DNA of 64,000 nucleotides. Source: Saprospiraceae bacterium. Lineage in GTDB: Bacteria > Bacteroidota > Bacteroidia > Chitinophagales > Saprospiraceae. The notes beneath the pieces were generated by a model. That model saw nothing but the letters and a program-made list of their open reading frames with translations. It did no database searches and was not told the origin of the DNA. The stretch is from the NCBI GenBank assembly GCA_041392665.1, contig JAWKLQ010000031.1, forward strand, positions 18-64,017. The letters are read 5' to 3'. A program made the translations under genes and the position numbers. This document shows, piece by piece, positions 48,575-58,133 of the stretch (position 1 is its first letter; the number at the start of each line of letters is the position of its first letter).

Positions 48575-50992
48575 ATGAATAAAGCCTTACTCTCCGCAGT
48601 TGCTCTGTGCTTTACAACGTTGGTCATACATGCTCAAATGCCCGACATTCAAATGGTTGCATCTTCCGGTAATGTCATTGCACAATACGGCAAATTCGAG
48701 CTAACCTTGACGTTAGCTGCTACTTATACGAATCCGTATGATTACGAACAGATAAGTGTACAGGGCATTTTTACCGGACCTGATGGGCAGCAGCAAACCG
48801 TGGACGGTTTTTACATGCAGGAGTTCGAACTGAACACAGAAAATGGAGCTTTAAGTCCCCTGGCGAGTGAGGGTGTATTCCGGATCCGTTTTGCCCCCGA
48901 TCAGACCGGTACATGGACCTACAGTGTTCGCCTTACCGATCAGATGGGGTCGGTCAATAGCGAAACGCGGGCTTTTAGTTGCGTGACTGGAACCAACAAG
49001 GGTTTTGTACGTAGTACGCCGACTAACTACCTGCAATTCGACAACGGTGAGCAGTACATCCCGATCGGGGAGAACATCGCCTGGCAAAATGTAAATGCTT
49101 TTACCGATTACCAGTCCTGGCTGAGTGCGCTGAGTGATAATGGAGGAAATTTCTTTCGTTTGTGGCACGCGCATTGGGGGCTGGGAATAGAATGGCGGTC
49201 CGGCTGGAACAGTTTCGATGGCCTGCGCCGGTACCAGGAGATCAACATGGCCTATCAGGACTGGCTTTTTGATTTCTGCGCTGGACGGGATATTTACGTC
49301 ATGCTCTGCCTGCAGCACCACGGTCAGGTGGCCACGCAGATCAATCCCAACTGGAATGACAGTCCGTATAATGCAGCTAACGGCGGCCCGTGCCAAAATA
49401 CCTGGGATTTCTTCACCAATGAAGCTGCCAAAGCACATACTAAAAACCGGCTGCGTTATATCTTAGCTCGCTGGGGATATGCCCGCAGCATCATGGCCTG
49501 GGAGTTATTCAACGAAGTAGGCTGGACGGATAATTACGAGCAACACCGGGATGAGATAACCGACTGGCATATCGAAATGAGTGCCTACCTGAAAACAATC
49601 GATCCCTATCAGCATTTGGTCACTACCAGTTTCGCCGAAGCGGCTCAGGAGCCCATCGTTTGGTCTGCACCGGATATTGATCTTACCCAAACTCACTATT
49701 ACCTAAATGTTGCCAATATTGAGAAAGCACTTGTCGGCGGCATTACCGGTTATCTTCAGGACTACGGCAAACCCACCCTGACCGGAGAGTTCGGACTGGG
49801 AGGGAGCCCGGTACTGGCCGCGGCCGATCCGGACGGAATTCATATTCACAACGCCATGTGGGCTACACTTTTCGGCGGAGGGCTGGGCACAGGTATGAGT
49901 TGGTGGTGGGATAGTTATATTCACCCTCGCAATCTGTATTACCACTTTGATCCGATGTCTGTAGTAACGACAGTGGTTCCCTTTAAAGAAAGAGATCTTC
50001 GACCGACGTCATCCTATGTGTCTGGGGCAAGCGGTGATCTTTCCATCTCTCCATCTCTGGGCTGGGGGGAGATAGGAACCAATACGATCACGATTGATGA
50101 AAAAGGGCAATTGCATCCGGCTAACGCCAATCTGGGCATTTATCTATATGGTTCACAGTGGAATACTCAATTCCGCAGTCCACCCACCTTCGTGGTGGAT
50201 TTTCCGGTAGCGGGTACCTTTACGGTAAATACAAGCAGTGAAACCGGCACCAACCCACGAATCGCCATCTATCTGAATGGGGAGAAAGTAGTAGATCAAT
50301 CCGCTAATCCTGGAAAATCCTATACCATTGACATCCCGGCCGGACCGAATACCATCAAGGTAGACAATACCGGGACGGATTGGATCACGATCGCCTCCTA
50401 TGTCTTTTCCGGCCTGGGCTCCAGGATTGACAGCTATGTGCTACGCTCCGAAGACCGGGCGATGGTGGCCGGATGGGTATTGAACCGGGAATACAATCAT
50501 ATTGAGGTGTTGGATCAGGGCGTGCCCGATCCGGCTATTGGAGGTCTACTGCAGGTAGAAGATGTGGTGGATGGCGACTATACTATTGTCTGGTACGATT
50601 GTCTATCCGGCGAAATAATAAATACAGAACCGGCTTCTGCTCTCAGCGGAACGCTGCAAATACTACTACCGGATCTGTACTGGGATTTGGCATTCGTAGC
50701 TCAGGCAATGCCCACTCGTGTCAGGGAATATGAACAACCATTAGCTTTCAAGCTATTCCCCAATCCGGCAAAAGCCGGTGAAGAGCTAAACCTGCGTTTT
50801 TCCGCAGCAATCGGGCAAAGTTTGAATTATCGTGTTTACGATGCGCAGGGTGGGCCGGTAGGAGAAGGTACCTTCTCTGGTGCAGCAGGTTCCGTTGAAG
50901 TTCGGATCTCACCGGAATTGCCGGCGGGAATGTACTGGTTACAGATCCGTGAGAAAGGCAAGAGTGGAACAGTGCCGTTTGTCATCAATTGA
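48575..50992 (+). CDS. T9SS-secreted glycoside hydrolase (DUF5060 N-domain, GH5-like clan-A TIM barrel, beta-sandwich, CTD)
   Basis: Signal peptide; NPYDYEQI...RFAPDQTGTWTY; acid/base WELFNE and nucleophile TGEFG; CTD LFPNPA...LPAGMYWL. Confidence 0.85.
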   Translation: MNKALLSAVALCFTTLVIHAQMPDIQMVASSGNVIAQYGKFELTLTLAATYTNPYDYEQISVQGIFTGPDGQQQTVDGFYMQEFELNTENGALSPLASEGVFRIRFAPDQTGTWTYSVRLTDQMGSVNSETRAFSCVTGTNKGFVRSTPTNYLQFDNGEQYIPIGENIAWQNVNAFTDYQSWLSALSDNGGNFFRLWHAHWGLGIEWRSGWNSFDGLRRYQEINMAYQDWLFDFCAGRDIYVMLCLQHHGQVATQINPNWNDSPYNAANGGPCQNTWDFFTNEAAKAHTKNRLRYILARWGYARSIMAWELFNEVGWTDNYEQHRDEITDWHIEMSAYLKTIDPYQHLVTTSFAEAAQEPIVWSAPDIDLTQTHYYLNVANIEKALVGGITGYLQDYGKPTLTGEFGLGGSPVLAAADPDGIHIHNAMWATLFGGGLGTGMSWWWDSYIHPRNLYYHFDPMSVVTTVVPFKERDLRPTSSYVSGASGDLSISPSLGWGEIGTNTITIDEKGQLHPANANLGIYLYGSQWNTQFRSPPTFVVDFPVAGTFTVNTSSETGTNPRIAIYLNGEKVVDQSANPGKSYTIDIPAGPNTIKVDNTGTDWITIASYVFSGLGSRIDSYVLRSEDRAMVAGWVLNREYNHIEVLDQGVPDPAIGGLLQVEDVVDGDYTIVWYDCLSGEIINTEPASALSGTLQILLPDLYWDLAFVAQAMPTRVREYEQPLAFKLFPNPAKAGEELNLRFSAAIGQSLNYRVYDAQGGPVGEGTFSGAAGSVEVRISPELPAGMYWLQIREKGKSGTVPFVIN

Positions 50993-51027
50993 CGCAGCAG
51001 TCAAAACACTTTCAAATTGACTGAATA

Positions 51028-51071
51028 GGATGCAGGAATAGAACAAAACACATCATTCTATTCCTGCATCC
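51028..51071. repeat. Perfect 16-bp inverted repeat
   Basis: GGATGCAGGAATAGAA-N12-TTCTATTCCTGCATCC between convergent genes. Confidence 0.8.
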
Positions 51072-51121
51072 CCGTCAGCGATACCGCAGGTGGCGCGTCC
51101 GTCCTGGCGGGACGTCCGTCA
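51072..51121 (+). repeat. CCGTCAG mosaic repeat, partial copy C
   Basis: CCGTCAGCGATACCGCAGGTGGCGCGTCCGTC versus copy A CCGTCAGGGACACACCGCAGGTGGCTCGTCCGTC. Confidence 0.7.
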
Positions 51122-51141
51122 ACAAGCGTAGTGGGCGAGAG

Positions 51142-51207
51142 CCCCAAGCATAGTCGAAGGTTGTCCCCGAGCGGAGTCGAGGGCTTTCCCCGAGCGGAGT
51201 CGAGGGG
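51142..51207 (+). repeat. Three tandem REP-like units with 23-bp period
   Basis: CCCCAAGCATAGTCGAAGG, CCCCGAGCGGAGTCGAGGG, CCCCGAGCGGAGTCGAGGGG. Confidence 0.75.
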
Positions 51208-51212
51208 AGGGG

Positions 51213-54200
51213 TTAGTTCACCTCATTAGGCTGCTTCAGCATAATGGCATCAACCGCCTTCTCCTGTACCATCCGGTTCAGTTCGGGAACGTCCTCCGTG
51301 ATCACCTTACGGTAGATCTGCAATTGATCATCGATCTTTTCGGTCAGTTCCTGCCGCACCTGTTTAGCCTGCTCGGTAGGGGCAAAATCTCCGAAATCGG
51401 AAACGGATTTCACACCCGCCAGTTTATTGGTCAGTTTGATCGGATAGTTGAGTGGGTCCTGCCGGCTGCGGTTTTTCGTCTGGTAGAGTGACTCTTCCAC
51501 TTCCGTCAGGCTTTTCTGGATGCTTTTGATCTTATCCAGAATCTCTTTCGAATCCTCCTGCTTAGCCATTCTATCTTTCAACGATTTCATTTGCTCACGG
51601 GCGTCCCGGATGTTGATGATGGCCTCGTGGGCTTCGGTGACCTTTTCGTTGATGCCCTGTACAAAGTCAAATTGCTCCTGCAATTCGGCAATCGTAGATT
51701 CGGAGCGGGGATCTTTCAGTATCTCGAACTCCTGCTCCATACTTTCGTCTCCTACGGTCAGTTTGACCTTGTACTTGCCGGGAACGGCCTGTGCGCCGGC
51801 CATACTGCCCGCCCAGAAGATCATGCCTTTAAAATCCTTGGCATTCGGGTAACGCATGTTCCAGACAAAGCGATTACCACCGGCTTTCAGGTCTTCAATT
51901 TTATCTCCTCTTTCTTTAGAAGCAGTGGAGAACTCCTTGATAAGATCGCCATCCATTTCGTAGAAACCGATCTTTACGGCTACTGAATCGGCCGGTTTTT
52001 CTTTCAGATAATAATGCACCATTACACCGCCGGGATGGTTCTGACCTTCTGTTTTGGAAGGGCGACCACTGCCTCCCGACATGCGATAGCTGGGCATCGG
52101 CTCGTAGAGGTAAAAGCTATGGCTACTCACCGATTCATTCAATTGATGTAATGGCGTCAGGTCATCGATCATCCAGAAACTACGCCCCTGGGTGGCCGCG
52201 ATCAGGTTGTCATTTTTGATAGTCAGGTCAGTGATCGGCACGATGGGCAGATTGAGCTGGAACGGCTTCCAGTGAGCCCCGTCATCAAAAGAAATGTACA
52301 TGCCTTTTTCCGTACCGGCGTAGAGCAGTCCCTGGCGTTTCGGGTCGGCCCGCACCACACGCGTAAACTCATCGGCCGGGATACCGCCGACGATCTTTTT
52401 CCAGGTCTTGCCGTAATCTTCGGTCTTGTACAGGTAAGGCTGATAGTCACCCAGTTTATAGCGGGTACCGGCCACGTAAGCGCCACCCTTTACGAACGGA
52501 TCGGCATCGATGCTGTTGATCATCATCCATTCCGGCATGCCTTTCGGCGTCACATTTTCCCAGTCGGTACCGCCATTGCGGCTCACATGGATCAAACCAT
52601 CATCCGAACCTACCCAGATAAGATCCTTCTCGTAAGGAGACTCCGTACCGGCAAACAGGGTACAGTAGTATTCCACACTGGTATTGTCCTTGGTAATTGG
52701 ACCACCGGATGAACCCATTTTGCTGGGATCGTTGCGCGTCAGGTCTGGGCTGATTACCTCCCAGCTCCGGCCACCATTGTAGGTGACGTGCACATGATTG
52801 GAAAGCGTATAGAGCTTATTCGGTTCGTTTGGAGAGAAGAAGATCGGGAAGTTCCACTGAAAGCGGTATTTCATGTCTTCCACACCGTGTCCCATCGGGT
52901 TGTCGGGCCATACGTTGACCGCCTGGGTTTGCTCGGTAGCGTGATTAACGCGGGTCAGATAGCCGCCATAGTTACCGCCGAATACAATTTCCGGATTTTC
53001 CGGATCAACGGCCAGGTGGGCACTTTCGCTACCGGCGGTGGACTCCCAGTCGCGCTCACCAATAGAGCGGCCACCGGTACGGTGTGCAATGCGCACCGTG
53101 GAGTTATCCTGTTGCGCTCCGTAAATGCGGTATGGGAAGTGATTGTCGGTAGTAACCCGGTAAAACTGGGCCGTAGGCTGATTGCCGTAAGTCGACCAAT
53201 TCTCTCCACCGTCAAAGCTGACCTGGGCGCCGCCGTCGTCGGCCATGATCATGCGCTGATTGTCTTCCGGCGCGATCCAGAGGTCGTGGTGGTCACCATG
53301 AGGGGCATTGCTGGCCGTAAAGCTACGTCCGCCGTCGGTAGATTTATGGTAGCTTACATTGAGGACATACACCACATTCTCATCCTGTGTATCGGCGTAG
53401 ATGCGGGAATAATACCAGGCGCGTTGACGCAGGGAGCGATCGTCGTTGAGTTTGCTCCAGGTCTCGCCTCCGTCGTCAGAGCGGAAGACACCTCCATTGT
53501 CGTTCTCGATAATGGCCCAGACTCGTTCGGAGTTCACCGGAGAGACCGTTACCCCGGAGATCCCCCAGATGCCTTCCGGCAAACCTTTATTGGTAGAGAT
53601 GTTGGTCCAGGTATCGCCGCCGTCGGTACTTTTCCACAGCGCCGATCCTTCACCGCCGCTTTCCAGGCTGTAAGGGGTGCGGCGGATGCGCCAGGTGCTG
53701 GCGTACATGATACGCGGATTGTTCGGATCCAGGATAAGATCTACTGCTCCGGCATCAGCATTGGCGAAAAGGATCTTTTCCCAGTTCTTTCCGCCGTCCT
53801 TACTGCGGTAGACGCCCCGCATGTCGCTGGACTTATAAAGATCACCGAGCACCGCCGCGTATACCAGATCCGGATTACGTGGATGGATACGTACCCGGGC
53901 AATATGACGGGAATCGTCCAGCCCGATGTGGGTCCAGGTCTTGCCGGCATCTACGCTTTTGTACATGCCGTAGCCGTAGGAGACGTTGCCGCGAACGGTT
54001 ACTTCTCCACCGCCCACATAGATCACATTGTTATCGTATTCGCTGACTGCTACCGCACCGATGGAGCCACCGAAAAAGCCGTCGGAAATGTTCTCATAGG
54101 TCTGGCCGCCGTCCTTGGTCCGCCAGACACCGCCGCCGGTTGCACCGAAGTAATACAGATTGGGTTTACCCGGCACGCCCGTAACGGTTGCCGAGCGACC

Positions 54201-54353
54201 ACCCCGGAAGGGGCCGACATTGCGCCATTCCAGGGCGTTATACAGTGTTTCGTCGTAGCCTGCTGATAGTTGGGCCTGCATCATAGGTAAGGAAAAGGCC
54301 GTCAACAGGAAGATGGTAAATGCACTCGTGAGGGTGTTACGTAAAGTTGGCAT
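51213..54353 (-). CDS. Secreted VPS10/sortilin-like BNR-repeat beta-propeller glycosyl hydrolase-like protein
   Basis: Signal peptide; WRNVGPFRGGR; many SxDxGxTW Asp-boxes; HGDHHDLWI; YRIYGAQQDNS. Confidence 0.92.
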   Translation of the reverse strand: MPTLRNTLTSAFTIFLLTAFSLPMMQAQLSAGYDETLYNALEWRNVGPFRGGRSATVTGVPGKPNLYYFGATGGGVWRTKDGGQTYENISDGFFGGSIGAVAVSEYDNNVIYVGGGEVTVRGNVSYGYGMYKSVDAGKTWTHIGLDDSRHIARVRIHPRNPDLVYAAVLGDLYKSSDMRGVYRSKDGGKNWEKILFANADAGAVDLILDPNNPRIMYASTWRIRRTPYSLESGGEGSALWKSTDGGDTWTNISTNKGLPEGIWGISGVTVSPVNSERVWAIIENDNGGVFRSDDGGETWSKLNDDRSLRQRAWYYSRIYADTQDENVVYVLNVSYHKSTDGGRSFTASNAPHGDHHDLWIAPEDNQRMIMADDGGAQVSFDGGENWSTYGNQPTAQFYRVTTDNHFPYRIYGAQQDNSTVRIAHRTGGRSIGERDWESTAGSESAHLAVDPENPEIVFGGNYGGYLTRVNHATEQTQAVNVWPDNPMGHGVEDMKYRFQWNFPIFFSPNEPNKLYTLSNHVHVTYNGGRSWEVISPDLTRNDPSKMGSSGGPITKDNTSVEYYCTLFAGTESPYEKDLIWVGSDDGLIHVSRNGGTDWENVTPKGMPEWMMINSIDADPFVKGGAYVAGTRYKLGDYQPYLYKTEDYGKTWKKIVGGIPADEFTRVVRADPKRQGLLYAGTEKGMYISFDDGAHWKPFQLNLPIVPITDLTIKNDNLIAATQGRSFWMIDDLTPLHQLNESVSSHSFYLYEPMPSYRMSGGSGRPSKTEGQNHPGGVMVHYYLKEKPADSVAVKIGFYEMDGDLIKEFSTASKERGDKIEDLKAGGNRFVWNMRYPNAKDFKGMIFWAGSMAGAQAVPGKYKVKLTVGDESMEQEFEILKDPRSESTIAELQEQFDFVQGINEKVTEAHEAIINIRDAREQMKSLKDRMAKQEDSKEILDKIKSIQKSLTEVEESLYQTKNRSRQDPLNYPIKLTNKLAGVKSVSDFGDFAPTEQAKQVRQELTEKIDDQLQIYRKVITEDVPELNRMVQEKAVDAIMLKQPNEVN

Positions 54354-54565
54354 AAGTTTAGAGTTTGATACTAGTCCGTGATAGAGGGTGAAATTAGGGA
54401 AAAGTTTTGGAATGGCGAAGGCTGGAGATCACACCGGGCGAGTCAATTGGTGAGTAAAGTTTCGATAAGTTCCATTTGTAAATTGTCTGGAGTAAACAAA
54501 AAAAGGAATATGCTACAGCAAATGGGAATTTGTTCCAAATTTTAAAAGACTGGTAGCCCAACATA

Positions 54566-54595
54566 ACCGTTCAGAACACAATTATTACCATTCAG
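54566..54595 (+). promoter_or_regulatory. LytTR-type operator (two 9-bp direct repeats, 12-bp spacer)
   Basis: ACCGTTCAG-N12-ACCATTCAG; the first unit fits [TA][AC][CA]GTTN[AG][TG] exactly; TAAATTTG -7 box at 54638-54645. Confidence 0.55.
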
Positions 54596-54855
54596 AACAA
54601 AATGGCCTCTCGGCGGGAATCTTTTCTTTTATATAAATAAATTTGTTAATCAACGGAAGTACTCAACAGTTCTATCACTTCCGAAATAATACCTTATCTC
54701 ATTTTCAGGATTTGCAGAGATCCATAATAAGTCTCTGAGTTATTGCATGCTGTTCCAGCAATAACTGGCCGTCCATTGTATGCTGGTAAGCAGTACAATG
54801 GCAGCACATCCTTTGCCAGGTACTTCTTTATTTCATTTATACAAATTATGTTGTC

Positions 54856-57135
54856 ATGCCAATTTCAGATCGAACTATCCAGAACCTCATCAACAACCAC
54901 AGTATTAGTGAGTTATTGGGGCTGCCCCAGGATTATGAAGTGAAAGCTTCCGATTTTAACCCCATCAAAGATACATTGTGGGAAAAATACAAAAATGAGA
55001 TACGCAATGATCCGCAGAGAATAGTCGAGAACCAGGAAGAATCCTATTCTTACGATACTTCGCAAAGTGGAAGAAAGACCGCAACGATCCGAAAAGTGAG
55101 TTTCAATGGTAATATCATGAGATTTACCGTCAGCAAGAAGGGGGCAAAACCAACCAACGGCTATCCGCTGGTGATCAGTTTACATGGTGGAGGCAGTACC
55201 TCAGAGGCTGATAATAATCAACAGTGGGCCAACCAGCAAACTATTTGGGGAGGACAGTTCAGCCCTGGAATTTACGTGACCCCAAGAGCCATTACAAATG
55301 CCTGGAATATGCATTTCGTGGCTGATGCCTACCCCTTATATGATCGCCTGATCGAAAATATGATCGCTTTTGAAGACGCCGACCCCGATAAGATCATGAT
55401 CATGGGCTTTTCTGCCGGTGGGGACGGCATTTATCAGATCACGCCCCGGATGGCAGATCGTTTTTGTGCCACCAATATGATGGCTGGGCATCCCAATGGC
55501 GTTAGTGTTAAGAATTACATGAATGTTCCCTTTCTTATCGAGATGGGCGAAAATGACAGTAGTTATAACCGAAACAGGGAAGCCGCTAGATATGACCAGC
55601 TTCTGGATGTTCAGAGAAGTAGCAATCCGGGAGGCTACCTGCATGATACCTTTATCCTTCCCGGCGGCAATCATAACAATTGGATACCTAAATCAGTTAT
55701 GGGGGGAAGTTCACAACCAACTGCAGTCATCAAGGATCCTGAAAAGTGGCTTGCTTCCGGAGATCAGTCTACCGTTAATAAAAATACCGAAAGCATTCCC
55801 TGGATGAATAAATATACGCGGGACGGGACGCCGGTCAAAGTGATCTTTGATTCTACTACAAGAGCTGACAGACGTACCGGTCTGGTGCCTTCTACCGGAG
55901 ATAGACTTTGGCTCAGCCAAAACCGTGCCTACCAGTTTTACTGGCTGAACATTGGTGGTAATCCAGCCGATTACGGCGAAGTGGTAGCCAGTACGGAGAA
56001 GAATCAGAACCGGATCAATATTACCGCCATGGGGAAGGCTTTGCGGCTACTTTTACACCCCGATATGCTAAATTTGAATAGTGAAGTAGAAGTTAATGTC
56101 AAAGGACAGTCCTCACGGGTAAAACCCATCTGGAGCTTTAAAACCATGGTACGCACCTTAGTGGATCACGGCGATAAGAAAATGATCTTTCCGGCAAACT
56201 TGTTCGTGGTGCAAAACGGAAGTAACTACGATGTGATCAGCGGAAGCAGTATTCAGTTTACTTCACCGGTGGGAGGAAGTGGTACGGCTTTCGAAGATCA
56301 TCCTTCTTCTGAAGCCAAATTGACAAAAGTGATCGTCAGATCAGGTGATATCATAGATAGTATCCAGGCATTTTACGGTTCGGATGCAATGCCGCTGCAT
56401 GGTGGACAGGGAGGCGGAGCGCATGAGATCAACTTTGACAATGATGAATACATCACCCGGATGTATGGAAAATCAGGGTATTGGTTTGGAGCCACTCATA
56501 TTACCCAACTATCTCTTGTGACCAACAAAAGAACTTATGGTCCTTACGGTAGCGGGCGTTTCAGCTCCGGCCAGCAAAATTTTAGCATCGATGCGCCGGC
56601 AAATATGAGCATTGTTGCCTTTAACGGTCGTACCTTCCGCCATTCAAACGGAGACAATTATCTATCGGCCATTGGGGCCGGTTTTTCACTGCGGACAAAA
56701 AATGCGGAGACTTTTGATGGTTCCGGCTCCGGCATGCCGATACCACCGCAGGGCACTTCCGGTGTGGCCCGGTTTTTCGCTACGGTCACGCTTAACCGGC
56801 CGGTGGCAGATATAAATGTATTTTTAGATCTGGATCATTCCTACACGGGAGATCTGAAGATCGAGTTGATCTCACCCCAGGGAACAACAGTTGTACTCTC
56901 CGGCCAGCGTGGAGGAGGTGGAGATAACTATGACAATACGATATTCGACGATCAGGCCTCCACATCCATCTCACAGGCACAGGCCCCCTTTACCGGGTCT
57001 TTTAAGCCGGATGAACCGCTTTCTGCATTCCAGGGAGAAAACCCTTCCGGTAAATGGGTACTACAGGTATCAGATAATGCTACAGGCGATATTGGGGTAA
57101 TGCATTCCTGGAAATTGTACGTTAGTACTTATTAA
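54856..57135 (+). CDS. Multidomain protein: alpha/beta-hydrolase (esterase-like), jacalin-like lectin, proprotein-convertase P-domain
   Basis: SLHGGG oxyanion motif; GFSAGG nucleophile (Ser at 55411); candidate Asp GEND and His GGNH. Jacalin VRSGDIIDSI...HGGQGG...EYIT...VTNKRTYGPYG (~56320-56690). P-domain HSYTGDL.I.L.SP.G...G.W.L.V.D...GD.G...W.L (~56760-57130). Confidence 0.8.
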   Translation: MPISDRTIQNLINNHSISELLGLPQDYEVKASDFNPIKDTLWEKYKNEIRNDPQRIVENQEESYSYDTSQSGRKTATIRKVSFNGNIMRFTVSKKGAKPTNGYPLVISLHGGGSTSEADNNQQWANQQTIWGGQFSPGIYVTPRAITNAWNMHFVADAYPLYDRLIENMIAFEDADPDKIMIMGFSAGGDGIYQITPRMADRFCATNMMAGHPNGVSVKNYMNVPFLIEMGENDSSYNRNREAARYDQLLDVQRSSNPGGYLHDTFILPGGNHNNWIPKSVMGGSSQPTAVIKDPEKWLASGDQSTVNKNTESIPWMNKYTRDGTPVKVIFDSTTRADRRTGLVPSTGDRLWLSQNRAYQFYWLNIGGNPADYGEVVASTEKNQNRINITAMGKALRLLLHPDMLNLNSEVEVNVKGQSSRVKPIWSFKTMVRTLVDHGDKKMIFPANLFVVQNGSNYDVISGSSIQFTSPVGGSGTAFEDHPSSEAKLTKVIVRSGDIIDSIQAFYGSDAMPLHGGQGGGAHEINFDNDEYITRMYGKSGYWFGATHITQLSLVTNKRTYGPYGSGRFSSGQQNFSIDAPANMSIVAFNGRTFRHSNGDNYLSAIGAGFSLRTKNAETFDGSGSGMPIPPQGTSGVARFFATVTLNRPVADINVFLDLDHSYTGDLKIELISPQGTTVVLSGQRGGGGDNYDNTIFDDQASTSISQAQAPFTGSFKPDEPLSAFQGENPSGKWVLQVSDNATGDIGVMHSWKLYVSTY

Positions 57136-57198
57136 TAGTAAGAGAAAAGTTTGCAAGTCCGCGATAGCGGACTAACAAGGATTTTTGTCTTTTCCCCG

Positions 57199-57231
57199 AG
57201 CGGTACCATGGTCTTTTGGTATCGCTTTTTT
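57199..57231 (+). terminator. Intrinsic terminator of the esterase-jacalin gene
   Basis: AGCGGTACCA...TGGTATCGCT followed by a T run; preceded by hairpin AGTCCGC-GATA-GCGGACT (57156-57173). Confidence 0.65.
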
Positions 57232-57481
57232 ATGGTGTGCCAGACGTGGTAAGAAAAAGTCAACACCTCAAATAACTTCAGAAACAAGTGGTCCATAGGT
57301 GGAAAAATAATTATCTCATAGCGGTAAAAGCCGCGTTTTGGAGGCCGGTGGGGATTTTGTGTCCGCCCTAATCCGTTGAGAATATAGACGATAAACGGGA
57401 TGGCAGTTCTTTCAGTATCCAGATACCCGTAAAGGTCGAATAACCGCTATCTTTGTACGGTTGTACAACACTTTCAAATCA

Positions 57482-58069
57482 ATGGATCAGGAATTATTAA
57501 AACAGGAGATCTTAAAATTTCATCCCCATTTCTCTTTGGACGAACTGAAGAGCGGTCTTGATCTTTTCACCCTGAGATCGTATAAAGCTAAAGACTACAT
57601 TTTGAAAGAAGGGGAGATCTCTGATAAGTTATACTTTGCCACTACTTCTGTTTCCAGGTGCTTTTATTACGACGAGAACGGCGAAGAAAAAACGGTCTGG
57701 CTGGAGCCCGAATGTATGTTCATTACCGACTTTGAAAGTTTTATTAATGACTGTCCTTCAAAATACTATCTGCAATTTTACCAGGATACGGAAGTATGGA
57801 CGATCACCCGAAAAGAGCTGTTGTGTTTGTACGATAATTATAAGGACTGGGCCATTTGGGGCATTAGGTTGATGGAACATTATCACGTTCGTATATTAGA
57901 TCTGTTCACCATAATGTTCCGGAACAATGCTTCGGAAAATTATCAATTCATAGAGGAACATTATGCCCGTTTCCTACAAATAGCGCCCTTAAAAGATATT
58001 GCTTCCATGCTTAATTTATCTCCCATCACCCTTTCCCGCATTAGGGCCGGCACGCAAACGAAAAGATGA
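57482..58069 (+). CDS. Crp/Fnr-family cNMP-binding transcriptional regulator (Bacteroidota type)
   Basis: ILKEGEISDKLYF, FITDFESF and HTH LKDIASMLNLSPITLSRIR. Confidence 0.9.
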   Translation: MDQELLKQEILKFHPHFSLDELKSGLDLFTLRSYKAKDYILKEGEISDKLYFATTSVSRCFYYDENGEEKTVWLEPECMFITDFESFINDCPSKYYLQFYQDTEVWTITRKELLCLYDNYKDWAIWGIRLMEHYHVRILDLFTIMFRNNASENYQFIEEHYARFLQIAPLKDIASMLNLSPITLSRIRAGTQTKR

Positions 58070-58073
58070 TTTC

Positions 58074-58087
58074 TTAACAAATGTAAA
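58074..58087. promoter_or_regulatory. Palindromic operator TTAACA-AA-TGTAAA between crp and the DUF1295 gene
   Basis: TTWACA-N2-TGTWAA dyad about 25 bp upstream of a GACCTTTG -7-like box. Confidence 0.45.
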
Positions 58088-58133
58088 GCTGCTTTCTTTC
58101 CAGGATACTGACCTTTGTAAAAAAGCAAAAGTT

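Noticed and set aside
52788-54266. 492-aa plus-strand ORF antisense to the VPS10 protein
   Set aside because: It lies wholly opposite a well-supported gene and has no recognisable motifs; best explained as a codon-bias shadow ORF.
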